Positions 54,601-64,000 of a stretch of 64,000 nt of DNA are shown here, piece after piece (the stretch's first letter is position 1; the number at the start of each line of letters is the position of its first letter). Source of the DNA: an uncultured Verrucomicrobiae bacterium (lineage in GTDB: Bacteria; Verrucomicrobiota; Verrucomicrobiia; Chthoniobacterales; UBA10450); NCBI GenBank assembly GCA_963726745.1, contig CAVSDR010000005.1:128001-192000 (forward strand). The letters are read 5' to 3'. The notes below the pieces were generated by a model. That model was not told where the DNA came from and ran no database searches. It saw only the letters and a program-made list of their open reading frames with translations. A program made the translations under genes and the position numbers.

Positions 54601-55190
54601 ACAGACTTGTTAACAGCGTTAAGCGACGAACGAAGCCTGCCGTGGAGAGGGAAATTGGCGCTCGACGCAGCCAGCGCCGTGCAAAATCCCCAAGGTCGAA
54701 AAGTTGTTTTGCGCGCTCGTCGCGGCGCGAAAATCTCCATGATACGAGGGAGAAAGGCCGATTCCCTGGTCCGCGCGTCCCGCTGAAGTTATCGAGATCA
54801 TCGCAGAACTTTCGGCTTTGGCGGTGGGGGCGGATGTTCTTGTCATTCTAACTTCTAGCGTTGCTGCAGAGCTGTTCACAGGTTGTTCACACCCTGCTTT
54901 TCCTTCTCTCGGCCCGCGGGTTGAGAGTAGAAACGCGACTAAGTTCGAACAAGGAAATTTCGGAAGTTTATTTCCGTTTCCGCGCCAAAAAAATCTTGAC
55001 GCTAAAATTGAACCGCGGAGCCAACTCGTCGTCTAAAAGTCCGCAGTCGGGCGAAGGTTGACCGCTCTTCGGCTGTCGCGCAACTTCGTCTTTCGAGCCC
55101 GCGCGCAGCGCGCGCTGACGTTGTAAAAATGGACCGAAATTCTCCTTTTGCTCATCGCTTCGCGCCGCGGCGCGCCCGGGCTTGATCCTC
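54601..55190. other. Candidate oriC / dnaA regulatory region
   Basis: ~590 bp, visibly AT-richer, no convincing ORF, upstream of dnaA; DnaA-box-like TTGTTAACA (54607), CTGTTCACA (54872), TTGTTCACA (54883). Confidence 0.5.
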
Positions 55191-55194
55191 CGCG

Positions 55195-55713
55195 ATGCGC
55201 CTTCTTTGCACGCTCCTTTTTGCTTCGCTCCTGCTCGCCGCTCCGGCGCGCGCGTTTGAAGACATCCCGCCGCCGTTCGGCTTTCGCTGGAATGATTCGG
55301 CGGGAAAAGTGGAGCAGGTTCTCACCGCGGCGAAAGCCAGGATCGTCAAGCGCGAGGAGCGGGAAAAGCGCGATGTCTGGACGGTGGAAGGCCTGGTCCA
55401 GCCCGGGCTCAAGCGAACCGTGTTTGAGTTCAAGGAAGGCTTCCTTGTCGAAGTTGAGCTGCAATACGAATACGACCGCTGGACGATCGAGAACTACAAC
55501 AACCGAATGGGCGAAATCCGGCGCTACTTCGACGCGAAGTTCGGCACCGGGAAGCTGATTTCGCGCACGCGCGATTCCGATTCCGACGTCATTCAGACGC
55601 TCGTTGGCTACCAGTGGATGGTCGGCGGAACGATGCTCGAGCTTTTCTATTTCTCGGCCGAGAAACAGCCGAATCTCTACCGCACGATCACGGTCACCTA
55701 CAAAGCGATGTGA
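55195..55713 (+). CDS. Hypothetical secreted protein
   Basis: Signal peptide MRLLCTLLFASLLLAAPARA; typical codon usage. Confidence 0.75.
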   Translation: MRLLCTLLFASLLLAAPARAFEDIPPPFGFRWNDSAGKVEQVLTAAKARIVKREEREKRDVWTVEGLVQPGLKRTVFEFKEGFLVEVELQYEYDRWTIENYNNRMGEIRRYFDAKFGTGKLISRTRDSDSDVIQTLVGYQWMVGGTMLELFYFSAEKQPNLYRTITVTYKAM

Positions 55714-55724
55714 TCGCCGCGGCG

Positions 55725-56282
55725 CTAGCCGCGCTGCGTTTCGCGTTGCATCCGTTTCAAGCGACTCCCGAGGGTCGCCTTCGCGGCTGAACTCATCCGG
55801 TCGATAAAGAGAATGCCGTTTAAGTGATCGACCTCGTGCTGGAGCGCACGGGCCAGCAAACCGGTTGCTTCGATCACGATCTCCTTGCCTTCGAGCGTTT
55901 GCGCGCGCGCGGTTACGGCCTCGGAGCGGACGATATCGGCCGTGATCTCGGGGAAGCTGAGGCAGCCTTCCGGGCCGATGGCTTTCTCCTCATGCAGAGT
56001 GAGCACCGGATTCAGCAGGATGAGCGGCATAGCCTCCGCGAGGTCGACCAATTTGCCGTCTAATTTCATCGTGCTCGGCCGGTCTTCGACCTCGGAAACA
56101 TCGAGCACCGTAAGTTGCAGGGCCTCGCCAATCTGCTGCGCGGCCAGGCCCACGCCGTTGGCTTGGTGCATCGTCTCGAGCATGTCGCTGGCGAGCTGGC
56201 GGAGTTGCGGGTCGCCGGGCTCCGCACGTTGCCCTTTCGCGCGCAAGACCGGGTCGCCGTATTTCACGATCGGCCGAATCAT
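55725..56282 (-). CDS. def: Peptide deformylase
   Basis: GVGLAAQQIG, EGCLSFP, QHEVDHLNG. Confidence 0.97.
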   Translation of the reverse strand: MIRPIVKYGDPVLRAKGQRAEPGDPQLRQLASDMLETMHQANGVGLAAQQIGEALQLTVLDVSEVEDRPSTMKLDGKLVDLAEAMPLILLNPVLTLHEEKAIGPEGCLSFPEITADIVRSEAVTARAQTLEGKEIVIEATGLLARALQHEVDHLNGILFIDRMSSAAKATLGSRLKRMQRETQRG

Positions 56283-56686
56283 GGCTCGCCGCGGGTAAAC
56301 GCCGGGAGATTTTTCACTCCGGCGAGTTTCAATGCATCCATCACTTTGATGATCGTCCCGAAGGAAGCTTTCTTGTCCGCCTGAAGCGCGACCGAGGACT
56401 TGCGCGCGGTCGCCAATTCGCGCACCGCCAACTCGAGTTCCTCCACCGGGATGGCCCGGCCATCGAGCTGGATCTCATCGTTGGCGTCCACGCTCACGAT
56501 CGCGTGGTCGGTCTCGGCCGGTGCTTTCGCAGCGGTTTGGGATTCCGGGAGATTAATCTGCACTTCCGGCTGGTCTTTTTTGAAGGTCGTGGAGACGACA
56601 AAAAAGATCAGCAGGATGGTCAGGATGTCGACCAGCGAGACGATGATGATCGACGGCGCCCGCCGTTTTCGCACTGCGATTCTCAT
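56279..56686 (-). CDS. exbD: ExbD/TolR family protein
   Basis: SLVDILTILLIFFVVSTTF, LQADK, VMDALKLAG. Confidence 0.88.
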   Translation of the reverse strand: MRIAVRKRRAPSIIIVSLVDILTILLIFFVVSTTFKKDQPEVQINLPESQTAAKAPAETDHAIVSVDANDEIQLDGRAIPVEELELAVRELATARKSSVALQADKKASFGTIIKVMDALKLAGVKNLPAFTRGEP

Positions 56687-56701
56687 CGGCGTAACCGCTC
56701 G

Positions 56702-57424
56702 TTAGACTAGAGGGGCACGGGCTGCCGGGGCGGCTGGGCGGGCGTGCGGCGCGCTCTCCTCGCCGCGCTGCGGCAGCCGGCCGAAGTAGCATTTGCCGAT
56801 GAGCTCGACCACGAGCGTTTCCATCTCGACCGACATCACTTCGATCTTCTTTGAAAAATAACTGAAGGCGACCAAAGCCGGGACCGCGATCGAAAGGCCG
56901 AAAACGGTCGCATTGAGCGCCTCCGCGATGCCCTTGGCGATTGCCTGCGTGTTGGACGCGCCCGTGCTCAAGCCTAGCGCGGAGAAGACATGCACCAAGC
57001 CCGAGACCGCGCCGATCAAGCCCAGGAGCGGCGCGATGCCGGTGATCACTTCGAGCACGATCAATCCCCGCTCCAGGACCACGAGCTCATGGCGTGCTTT
57101 TGTTTCCACCACCTCGACCGTTTCGGAACGCGGACCGCGCAGATGTTGCAGCGCGGTGCGCACGATTCGCGCGAGCGAGGAGTCGTCCTGCTGCACGATG
57201 CGGGCGAGCCGCTCCGCGCTGCCGCCGGGAACCAGCCGCTCGATCTCGCTTTCGATCACCAACGGCAACACATTCCGCCGACGCAGCGCCATTCCGCGGA
57301 GGATGATCGTGGCCACGGCCATGACCGAGCAGACCAGCAGCGGCCACATGAAGAGGCCGCCGGAAAGAAAGAACTGGAGGGCGGCGTTCGCCGGCTCGGG
57401 CAATTGCGCCAGGGTCAGGGTCAT
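56702..57424 (-). CDS. exbB: MotA/TolQ/ExbB proton channel protein
   Basis: IAPLLGLIGAVSG, GIAEALNATVFGLSIAVP. Confidence 0.88.
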   Translation of the reverse strand: MTLTLAQLPEPANAALQFFLSGGLFMWPLLVCSVMAVATIILRGMALRRRNVLPLVIESEIERLVPGGSAERLARIVQQDDSSLARIVRTALQHLRGPRSETVEVVETKARHELVVLERGLIVLEVITGIAPLLGLIGAVSGLVHVFSALGLSTGASNTQAIAKGIAEALNATVFGLSIAVPALVAFSYFSKKIEVMSVEMETLVVELIGKCYFGRLPQRGEESAPHARPAAPAARAPLV

Positions 57425-58473
57425 TGGTTCGCGTAGGTGGTGAAGAAAAAGTCGACCGGCAGGCGGCCTTCCGGGAGCGTCGCCGCCACGTCCGGCGGGA
57501 TGGGAGGAATTTGCGCCTCCTGAAATGATTGCAAGCAGATGTTGGCGAAGGCCTCGTTCGAGTCGTTGGAAATAATGCGCAGGTTCTGCACCCGGCCCTT
57601 CGCATCCACCTGCGCCTCCACGTGCGCGGTCCCGATCTTCACCAGGTCCATCCGCTCCTTCATGTAAAAATACCAGCGCGAGCCGATCGCATCCGAGACC
57701 TGCTTTTGATATTTCCCCAGCGGCGTCGCGACCGCGTTCACCGCCGACGGTCCACGATTCGTTAGGCGGCCAGTGATGCGGGTCTGCTGCCGTTCCGGTT
57801 GGTAAGTCGAGGCCGGCCGTTCCGGCCGCGGGCGCTCAGTGATTGGCGGGACGTTGGGCGCGACTGAGGGCAGCGGCGTGGCCTCGGGCTCCTCTGTCGG
57901 CCGCAGCGCGGGCGGCGGTGTCGAAGTCAGCATCGCCAGCTTTTCCGGCTCCGGCGTGGGCATGATTGCGGGCGTCATTGTCGGCGCTGGCGTGGCGCTG
58001 GGCTTGGGCGGTGCCGAGGGGCGCGGCGTGGCCTTCGGCGCAACGGTCGGCGGAGGCACCGGAGTCGGCGCGGGCGCGGAGTCCTTGGCGGCTAACGAGA
58101 GGTCCTGGGTCTCGAGGTTCATGAACGGCTGCTCCTTCCCTTCCTGCGACGGGAGCGGCGCTTCGCCCTGCGCCGGCTGCGTGCTCGCGGCGACGGAGTT
58201 CGCGTTCGACTCGAAAGTTTTCTCGGTCGGCTCCTCCGCGCTCTCCCGCGTGGTCTCGATGTAAGCCGGATTAGGCGGCGACTTCGGCGTGGCCGGCGGA
58301 ACCGGCGCGAGGTCCATCATCGTCATCTCCATCGGCGCGTCGTCCGGCGGCGGCACGGAAGCGAAGGAACGATTGAAGGCCGCGAGCGAGAGGGCGATGA
58401 CGACATGCAGGAGGAGCGACGCGACGACCGCGATCACTACCCGTTTGCGTTCTTTCTCCTGGCGGCTGGTCAT
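57421..58473 (-). CDS. TonB/TolA-like energy transducer
   Basis: N-terminal TM with SLLLH, Pro-rich linker, TonB-C-like domain; directly upstream of exbBD. Confidence 0.8.
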   Translation of the reverse strand: MTSRQEKERKRVVIAVVASLLLHVVIALSLAAFNRSFASVPPPDDAPMEMTMMDLAPVPPATPKSPPNPAYIETTRESAEEPTEKTFESNANSVAASTQPAQGEAPLPSQEGKEQPFMNLETQDLSLAAKDSAPAPTPVPPPTVAPKATPRPSAPPKPSATPAPTMTPAIMPTPEPEKLAMLTSTPPPALRPTEEPEATPLPSVAPNVPPITERPRPERPASTYQPERQQTRITGRLTNRGPSAVNAVATPLGKYQKQVSDAIGSRWYFYMKERMDLVKIGTAHVEAQVDAKGRVQNLRIISNDSNEAFANICLQSFQEAQIPPIPPDVAATLPEGRLPVDFFFTTYANQ

Positions 58474-58533
58474 CTCGAAATCCCCGCGAACTGTAGCACC
58501 GGCCCTTCCCGCGACCAGCCTGCGTGCACGCGG

Positions 58534-59382
58534 CTACTTCTGGCGCGTGCGCGGCGTCGTCTTCCGCGCGTGGTGAAAGAGAAACTGCTGCGCGTAGCCG
58601 CCGTGCTCGCCGAAGTAGCGGTCGCAAAAATCGCGCAGCCGCCCGGCCGTAAGCTTGCGGGCGCGCGGGAAATATTTTTCGCGCAGGACGCGCTCGATCC
58701 AGACATCGATCGGGAAAGCACGCAGCCGTTCGTAGGCGAAGAGCATCACGCAATTCGCCACTTTTTCGCCCACGCCGGGCAAGCCCAGGAGCTGCGCCTG
58801 CAACAAAGTGTCGTCTAATTTTCGCCAGCTCTCGAGGTCGGCTTCGCCTGCGGCCACGAACTGCGCGGTCGCGCGCAGATTTTTCGCGCGATAACCCAAG
58901 CCGCACGCGCGCAATTCCGCTTCGCTCGCCGCCGCCAGGCGGGCCGGCTCCGGGTAGGCGTAAAGGGTCGCGCCGCTCAAAGTGTGCGCGGTCCCGAAGC
59001 GTTCGCGCAAGGCGCGCGACATCTGCCGGATGTGCGCCACCTGCTTCATCGAACTGGTAATGAAAGTGGCGAGGCATTCCCAGATCGGCTGGCGCATGAT
59101 CCGCAGGCCGCGGCAGAATTCCTTCGCCGGGGTGAGCGCGGCATCCTCCGGAAGCGCGCGGCAGATTTCCCCTAACGAGTGATCGAGCGCGAAGTAATGC
59201 CGCACCAGCGCCACATCTCGCTGTCTAATGACGAGCGCCTCGCCCCGTTGCTCCACGTAGACCGGGCGCGCACCGATGCAGCCGACGTAGCCCGGGCCGA
59301 GCGGCTCCCAATGGAACGTCTGCCCGGAGTCGAGCGTAACCGCCAAATCGAAGTCCGGGGCGGGAAGTTCGGCGTGTTTCAT
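58534..59382 (-). CDS. 8-oxoguanine DNA glycosylase (OGG1-like, HhH-GPD)
   Basis: TLDSGQTFHW, GLGYRAK, LPGVGEKVANCVMLF, FPIDVW, GYAQQFLF. Confidence 0.9.
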   Translation of the reverse strand: MKHAELPAPDFDLAVTLDSGQTFHWEPLGPGYVGCIGARPVYVEQRGEALVIRQRDVALVRHYFALDHSLGEICRALPEDAALTPAKEFCRGLRIMRQPIWECLATFITSSMKQVAHIRQMSRALRERFGTAHTLSGATLYAYPEPARLAAASEAELRACGLGYRAKNLRATAQFVAAGEADLESWRKLDDTLLQAQLLGLPGVGEKVANCVMLFAYERLRAFPIDVWIERVLREKYFPRARKLTAGRLRDFCDRYFGEHGGYAQQFLFHHARKTTPRTRQK

Positions 59383-59386
59383 TTTC

Positions 59387-59474
59387 GCCACAGATTAACA
59401 CGGACAAAGCACGGATGGGGGAGCGGGCCGCGAGCCCCTGGAAAATCCCTGTTCCCTCCGCGCGTATCCGTGGC
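59387..59474. repeat. Intergenic palindromic element built from CACGGAT/ATCCGTG units
   Basis: Left arm gccacagat-taa-cacggac-aaag-cacggat; right arm atccctg...ctccgcg...atccgtggc. Confidence 0.65.
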
Positions 59475-59489
59475 TACTAATTCCGCCTC

Positions 59490-61139
59490 ATGGACGCACG
59501 CCTAGCCATCGATACGGTCGTTCTCCTGGTCTACTTCTTCGGGATCGTCGCGCTCGGCCTTTGGGCCGGCCGGCGGAACAAGAACTTGCAGGACTTCTCG
59601 TTAGGCTCGCGTTCCATCCCGTGGTGGGCCGTGCTCGCCTCGATCGTGGCCGCGGAGACCAGCGCCGCCACCTTCCTCGGCACGCCCGCCGAAGGCTTCA
59701 AGACGCGCGGTTATTTCTACGGGCAACTCGTCATCGGCACGATCCTCGCGCGGGTCATTATCGCCTTCACTTTCATCAAGCCCTATTACGACTACCGGGT
59801 GCAGAGCGTTTACGAATTTCTCACCGTGCGCTTCGGCACCGGCACGAAGAACATGGCCAGCGGGATCTTCCTTTTTACCCGCGTCCTCGGCATCGGCGTC
59901 CGCCTTTACCTCGGCGGCGCGATCATGGTGGTGATCTGGCGTTACCTTTTCCCGACGCTGCCGGTGAACCTGAACACCTACGTCTGGGGGATCGTTTTCG
60001 TGACTGTGATCACGACGATCTACACCGCGGTCGGCGGGATCAAGGCGGTCGTCTGGACCGATCTCATCCAGGCGGTCCTGATGCTCAGCTCCGTGGTGCT
60101 GGCTATTTTTCTTCTCTTTCGCAGCATTCCCGGCGGCTTCGCGACGATCACGGAGAACCTCGGCGGCATGGGCAACATCCAGGTCTTTCAGACCGGTTGG
60201 AACTCGGAGTTGTCCTTCGGCCCGGCGCTCAAGGCGATGTTCGAGGAGCCTTACACGATCTTCGCCGCCTTCATCGCTTCGACGATGCTTACGATGGCCA
60301 CGCACGGGACCGACCAGGACATGGTCCAGCGGATGTTGACCGCGCCGAACTATCGCAAGTCGCAGCTCTCCCTCATCCTCAGCGGCTTGATGGACCTGCC
60401 GATCGCCGCCGGCTTTCTCACCGTCGGCATCCTGCTCTCGGTCCACTACGCAGTCGTGCCCGGCACGACCCTGCCCGCGGCCGACAACGAGATCTTCGGC
60501 CATTACATCGTGCACGAAATGCCGGTGGTTTTCCGCGGCCTGATCGTGGCCGGCGTTTTCGCGACCATGATGGGTTCGACCTCCGCGGCGCTGAACGCGC
60601 TCGCGACCAGTTTCACGAAAGATTTTTACCTGCCTTACATCAATCGCGGGGCGACCGACCGCGACGCCATCCGCGCCGCGCGCATCGCGACTTCGGTTTT
60701 TGGCGTGCTCATGATCATCGTTGCGACGATGGCGGCGCACGCGGTCTTGCAGGACGCGAAGCTCACGATCATCCCGATCGCGATCGGAATCTTAGGCTAC
60801 ACCTACGGCGCGTTGCTGGCGGTCTTTCTCCTCGGCATGCTCACGCGCAATCGCGGTCGCGATGGCGCAAACGTCCTGGCGATGATCATCGGCATCACCT
60901 CCGTCCTGATCCTCTGCCGTGTCAGCATCCCGGCGTTTCACCTCGCCGAGCTTTTCCGCGGCCACCTTGTCGGGGTCCACTGGGTCTTCGGCTACTTCAT
61001 GCCTGACTGGTGGCCGAAGATCTCCTGGCCCTGGTTCATCTGCGTCGGCTGCGTCGTTACCTTTGCGATTGCGGTTCTCTTCCGCACTCCGCAAAGCCAG
61101 ATCGACGCCGCCGAAGCGCACGTGCGCAACGGCGCCTAG
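59490..61139 (+). CDS. Sodium:solute symporter family transporter
   Basis: SIVAAETSAATFLGTP, YTAVGGIKAVVWTDLIQ, GTDQDMVQR; many TM segments. Confidence 0.92.
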   Translation: MDARLAIDTVVLLVYFFGIVALGLWAGRRNKNLQDFSLGSRSIPWWAVLASIVAAETSAATFLGTPAEGFKTRGYFYGQLVIGTILARVIIAFTFIKPYYDYRVQSVYEFLTVRFGTGTKNMASGIFLFTRVLGIGVRLYLGGAIMVVIWRYLFPTLPVNLNTYVWGIVFVTVITTIYTAVGGIKAVVWTDLIQAVLMLSSVVLAIFLLFRSIPGGFATITENLGGMGNIQVFQTGWNSELSFGPALKAMFEEPYTIFAAFIASTMLTMATHGTDQDMVQRMLTAPNYRKSQLSLILSGLMDLPIAAGFLTVGILLSVHYAVVPGTTLPAADNEIFGHYIVHEMPVVFRGLIVAGVFATMMGSTSAALNALATSFTKDFYLPYINRGATDRDAIRAARIATSVFGVLMIIVATMAAHAVLQDAKLTIIPIAIGILGYTYGALLAVFLLGMLTRNRGRDGANVLAMIIGITSVLILCRVSIPAFHLAELFRGHLVGVHWVFGYFMPDWWPKISWPWFICVGCVVTFAIAVLFRTPQSQIDAAEAHVRNGA

Positions 61140-62911
61140 GGCTTCGCTTCCGCGAGCTTGATCCCGAGGTCGCGCAGCTGACGGAGGTCGACCTCGCTCG
61201 GCGATTGCGACATCAAGTCTTGTCCGCGGTTGTTCTTCGGGAAGGCCATCACTTCGCGGATGGAATTTTCCCCGCAGATGAGCATGACCATGCGGTCGAC
61301 GCCGAAGGCAATGCCGCCATGTGGTGGCGCGCCCAGGCGGAAGGCCTTGAGCAGGTGGCCGAACATCAGCTCCTGCTCCTCGGCGCTGATCCCGAGCACG
61401 CCGAACATCTTTGCCTGCAAGTCGGGCTCGTGAATCCGAATGCTGCCGCCGCCGATCTCGACGCCATTCATGACCACGTCGTAAGCCTCGGCGCGGACTT
61501 CCGCGAACTTGCCCTCGTCGAGCAGCGCGAGGTCGTCCGGATGCGGCCGGGTAAAAGGATGATGCACCGCGCTCCAGCGCTGCTCTTCCGCGCTCCAGGC
61601 GAGGAGCGGGAACTCGGTTACCCAAAGAAAATCGAGCACCTCGGGACCGGGGATGACCCCGAGAATTTCGGCCGCGCGCAAGCGCAAACGGCCGAGCACT
61701 TCAGAGGCGACGTCCCATTTGTCGGCCGCGAAAAGGATCAGGTCGCCCTCGGCGATCTCCAGCTTCTCGGTCAACGCCTGCTTCTCCGCGTCTGTGAAAA
61801 ATTTCACGATCGGCGACTTCCACTCGCCGTTTTCGACCTTGATGAAGGCGAGGCCTTTGGCCCCAAAGTTCTTCGCGATCGCAGTCAGCTCATCGATCTG
61901 GCCGATGGTAATGCTGGCAAAATTCTTCGCGTTGATCGCCTTCACCACTCCACCGGCGTCGAGCGTGCTCCGGAAAACCTTGAAGCTGCTCTCGCGGAAA
62001 GTGTCGCTAAAATCGACCAGCTTCATCCCGAAGCGGCGGTCGGGTTTGTCGCTCCCGTAAATGCCGACCGCCTCGCGATAGGAGAGCCGTTCGAATGGCG
62101 TTGCGATCTCGATCCCGCGGGCGTCGCGGAAGATGCGCGCCAGCATCCCCTCCGCGAGCGCATAGATGTCTTCCGGCCGGACGAAGGACGCCTCGACGTC
62201 GATCTGGGTGAATTCCGGCTGGCGATCGGCCCGCAGGTCTTCGTCGCGAAAACACTTCGCGATCTGAAAATACTTTTCGATCCCGCCAACCATGAGCAGC
62301 TGCTTGTATTGCTGCGGCGCCTGCGGGAGCGCGTAGAACTTCCCGGGCGCGAGCCGGCTCGGGACCAGGAAATCGCGCGCGCCTTCCGGCGTGCTCTTCG
62401 AAAGGATCGGCGTTTCCACTTCCACGAAGCCCTCTTCGTCGAAGTAATCGCGCGTCGCCTTCATCACCCGATGACGCGTGCGCAGATTGCGCGACATCTG
62501 CGGGCGGCGGAGATCGAAATAGCGATGGCTCAGGCGCAGGTCTTCATTCGCCGACTCGGCGTCGATCGGGAACGGGAGCACGTCCGCGCGGTTCAGGATC
62601 GTGAGCGTGTCGGGTAAAATCTCGATCTCGCCCGTCTCCAGTTTTGGGTTCTCCGTGCCGGCGAGACGCTGCGAGACTTTGCCTTCTACTTGCACGACGT
62701 CCTCGTGCCGGAGCGTGTGCGCGAGCTTGGCGGCCTCGGCATTTTCCTCCGGGCGAAAGACCACCTGGGTGAGCCCTTCGCGATCGCGGAGATCAATGAA
62801 AACCACGCCGCCGTGATCGCGGCGCACGTGCACCCAGCCGGCGAGTTTAACCGTCTGGCCGATGTCCGCCGCGCGCAGGGCGGCGCAATGATGGGTGCGA
62901 TAGAAACTCAT
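61136..62911 (-). CDS. aspS: Aspartate--tRNA ligase
   Basis: YRTHHC, RRDHGGVVFIDLRD, TPEGARDF, CFRDEDLRADRQPEFTQID, GAPPHGGIAFG. Confidence 0.97.
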   Translation of the reverse strand: MSFYRTHHCAALRAADIGQTVKLAGWVHVRRDHGGVVFIDLRDREGLTQVVFRPEENAEAAKLAHTLRHEDVVQVEGKVSQRLAGTENPKLETGEIEILPDTLTILNRADVLPFPIDAESANEDLRLSHRYFDLRRPQMSRNLRTRHRVMKATRDYFDEEGFVEVETPILSKSTPEGARDFLVPSRLAPGKFYALPQAPQQYKQLLMVGGIEKYFQIAKCFRDEDLRADRQPEFTQIDVEASFVRPEDIYALAEGMLARIFRDARGIEIATPFERLSYREAVGIYGSDKPDRRFGMKLVDFSDTFRESSFKVFRSTLDAGGVVKAINAKNFASITIGQIDELTAIAKNFGAKGLAFIKVENGEWKSPIVKFFTDAEKQALTEKLEIAEGDLILFAADKWDVASEVLGRLRLRAAEILGVIPGPEVLDFLWVTEFPLLAWSAEEQRWSAVHHPFTRPHPDDLALLDEGKFAEVRAEAYDVVMNGVEIGGGSIRIHEPDLQAKMFGVLGISAEEQELMFGHLLKAFRLGAPPHGGIAFGVDRMVMLICGENSIREVMAFPKNNRGQDLMSQSPSEVDLRQLRDLGIKLAEAKP

Positions 62912-62933
62912 GTCGGAGGGGTGCCAAGCTGAA

Positions 62934-64000
62934 TTATTGCGCGAGATGCGCAAGCAACTCTTCCGGCGCGAGCAGGGTCTCCTCGCGGCTGGCGAGATGC
63001 TTCACTTTCACCTGCGGCCACTCGTCGCCGAAGAGCACGGCGTGTTTCGCGCCGAGATGCTCCGCGGTTTGGAATTGTTTGCCGACTTTCGCGGCCGCGA
63101 GCGGGTAGTCGGCTTTCAAGCCACGGTCGCGCAAGCGCTGGAGTTCGCGCATGGCATCGGCGCGGCGCTCTTCCTTGGCGATGACCAAATAGACATCGAG
63201 TTGGCGCTCGCGCTGGAGCGCCGCTTCCATGCGTGCGCGCGCGCCGTCGTGATTTTGAATCAAGTCGCCGAGGACGACGTCGCCCATGGCAAAGCCGAGC
63301 GCCGGCATCGCAGCCGCGCCGTCGCTCAGGTGCGCCACGAGATTGTCGTAACGCCCTCCGCCCGCGATCGCGCGAAGCTTGCCGCTGCGATCGAAAGCCT
63401 CGAAGACCACCCCGGTGTAATAAGCCAGGCCGCGGACAATCCGGAGATCGACCTTGGCGAAATCAGCCAGCCCTCTGTGCGCGAGGCCGGCCATGAGCGC
63501 GTCGAGTTTTTCGCTCTGGCCGCCGCCGTCGAGAATCTCGATCACCGGCCCGGCGAGATCGCCCAGGCGCGCAGCGGTTTTCTCGCGCGGCTCGCGTTCG
63601 CTCTTGTCGATCACTTCCAGAACTTGCTGCCAATTTTCCTGCGGCACGTTTTGCGCGCGCAGGAAATCGAGCCAAAACTCGCGGTCGCTGATCCGCAGGA
63701 CGACGTCATCTGCGGTGAAACCAAAGGCCCGCAGGAGATCGATGCAGACCGCGATGACCTCGATCTCGGCCTCGAGCCCGGCCTCGCCGAGGAGGTCGCA
63801 GTTGAATTGAAAATGTTCACGCAAACGCCCGCGCTGCTGCTTTTCGTAGCGGAAACATTGCGGGATCGCGAACCACTTCAGCGGCTTCTTGAATTGGCGC
63901 TCGTTTGCGGCCACCACCCGGGCAAGCGTGGGCGTGAGCTCGGGGCGCATCGCCACTTCGCGCTCGCCTTTATCCACGAAGTTAAAGAGCTGGCCCACGA
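62934..64000 (-). CDS. hisS: Histidine--tRNA ligase (5' end outside window)
   Basis: RPELTP, FRYEKQQRGRLREHFQ, VRGLAYYTGVVFE, GGGRYDNL. Confidence 0.96.
   Translation of the reverse strand, partial: VGQLFNFVDKGEREVAMRPELTPTLARVVAANERQFKKPLKWFAIPQCFRYEKQQRGRLREHFQFNCDLLGEAGLEAEIEVIAVCIDLLRAFGFTADDVVLRISDREFWLDFLRAQNVPQENWQQVLEVIDKSEREPREKTAARLGDLAGPVIEILDGGGQSEKLDALMAGLAHRGLADFAKVDLRIVRGLAYYTGVVFEAFDRSGKLRAIAGGGRYDNLVAHLSDGAAAMPALGFAMGDVVLGDLIQNHDGARARMEAALQRERQLDVYLVIAKEERRADAMRELQRLRDRGLKADYPLAAAKVGKQFQTAEHLGAKHAVLFGDEWPQVKVKHLASREETLLAPEELLAHLAQ

Noticed and set aside
57850..58080. Repetitive Pro/Thr/Ala coding sequence
   Set aside because: Ordinary TonB-like proline-rich linker, not a DNA repeat array.

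Overview
GC-rich bacterial chromosome segment, most consistent with Verrucomicrobiota (Chthoniobacterales-like; inferred from the PEP-CTERM protein, the VSRKTHG-type module plus dockerin C-termini, and the gene content). It probably lies next to the replication origin (dnaA-dnaN at 52-54.6 kb). 1-9.6 kb: secreted proteins, namely two subtilases, a BNR beta-propeller protein and a PEP-CTERM protein. Two of them end in a shared Ig-like module plus dockerin, and the PEP-CTERM protein body looks cohesin-like, which suggests a cellulosome-like surface display system. 18-33 kb: three type IV pilin genes (two near-identical, each with a sigma54-type promoter) embedded among six GT-C-like membrane glycosyltransferases and a methyltransferase-GT2 fusion. 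The rest is housekeeping (typA, yebC, rho, glnE, panE, uvrA, uvrC, folD, ubiX, bioF, mtnP, miaB, dnaN, dnaA, def, exbBD-tonB, aspS, hisS). A 7-mer, CTAACGA/TCGTTAG (extended consensus about GCCTAACGAR), occurs 31 times by manual count, on both strands and mostly inside genes via rare codons, like a DNA-uptake or protein-binding signal. More than a dozen single-base frameshifts, including in rho, uvrC and bioF, point to long-read consensus errors. No rRNA, tRNA, CRISPR array or transposase was recognised. All calls are by eye, without database searches.
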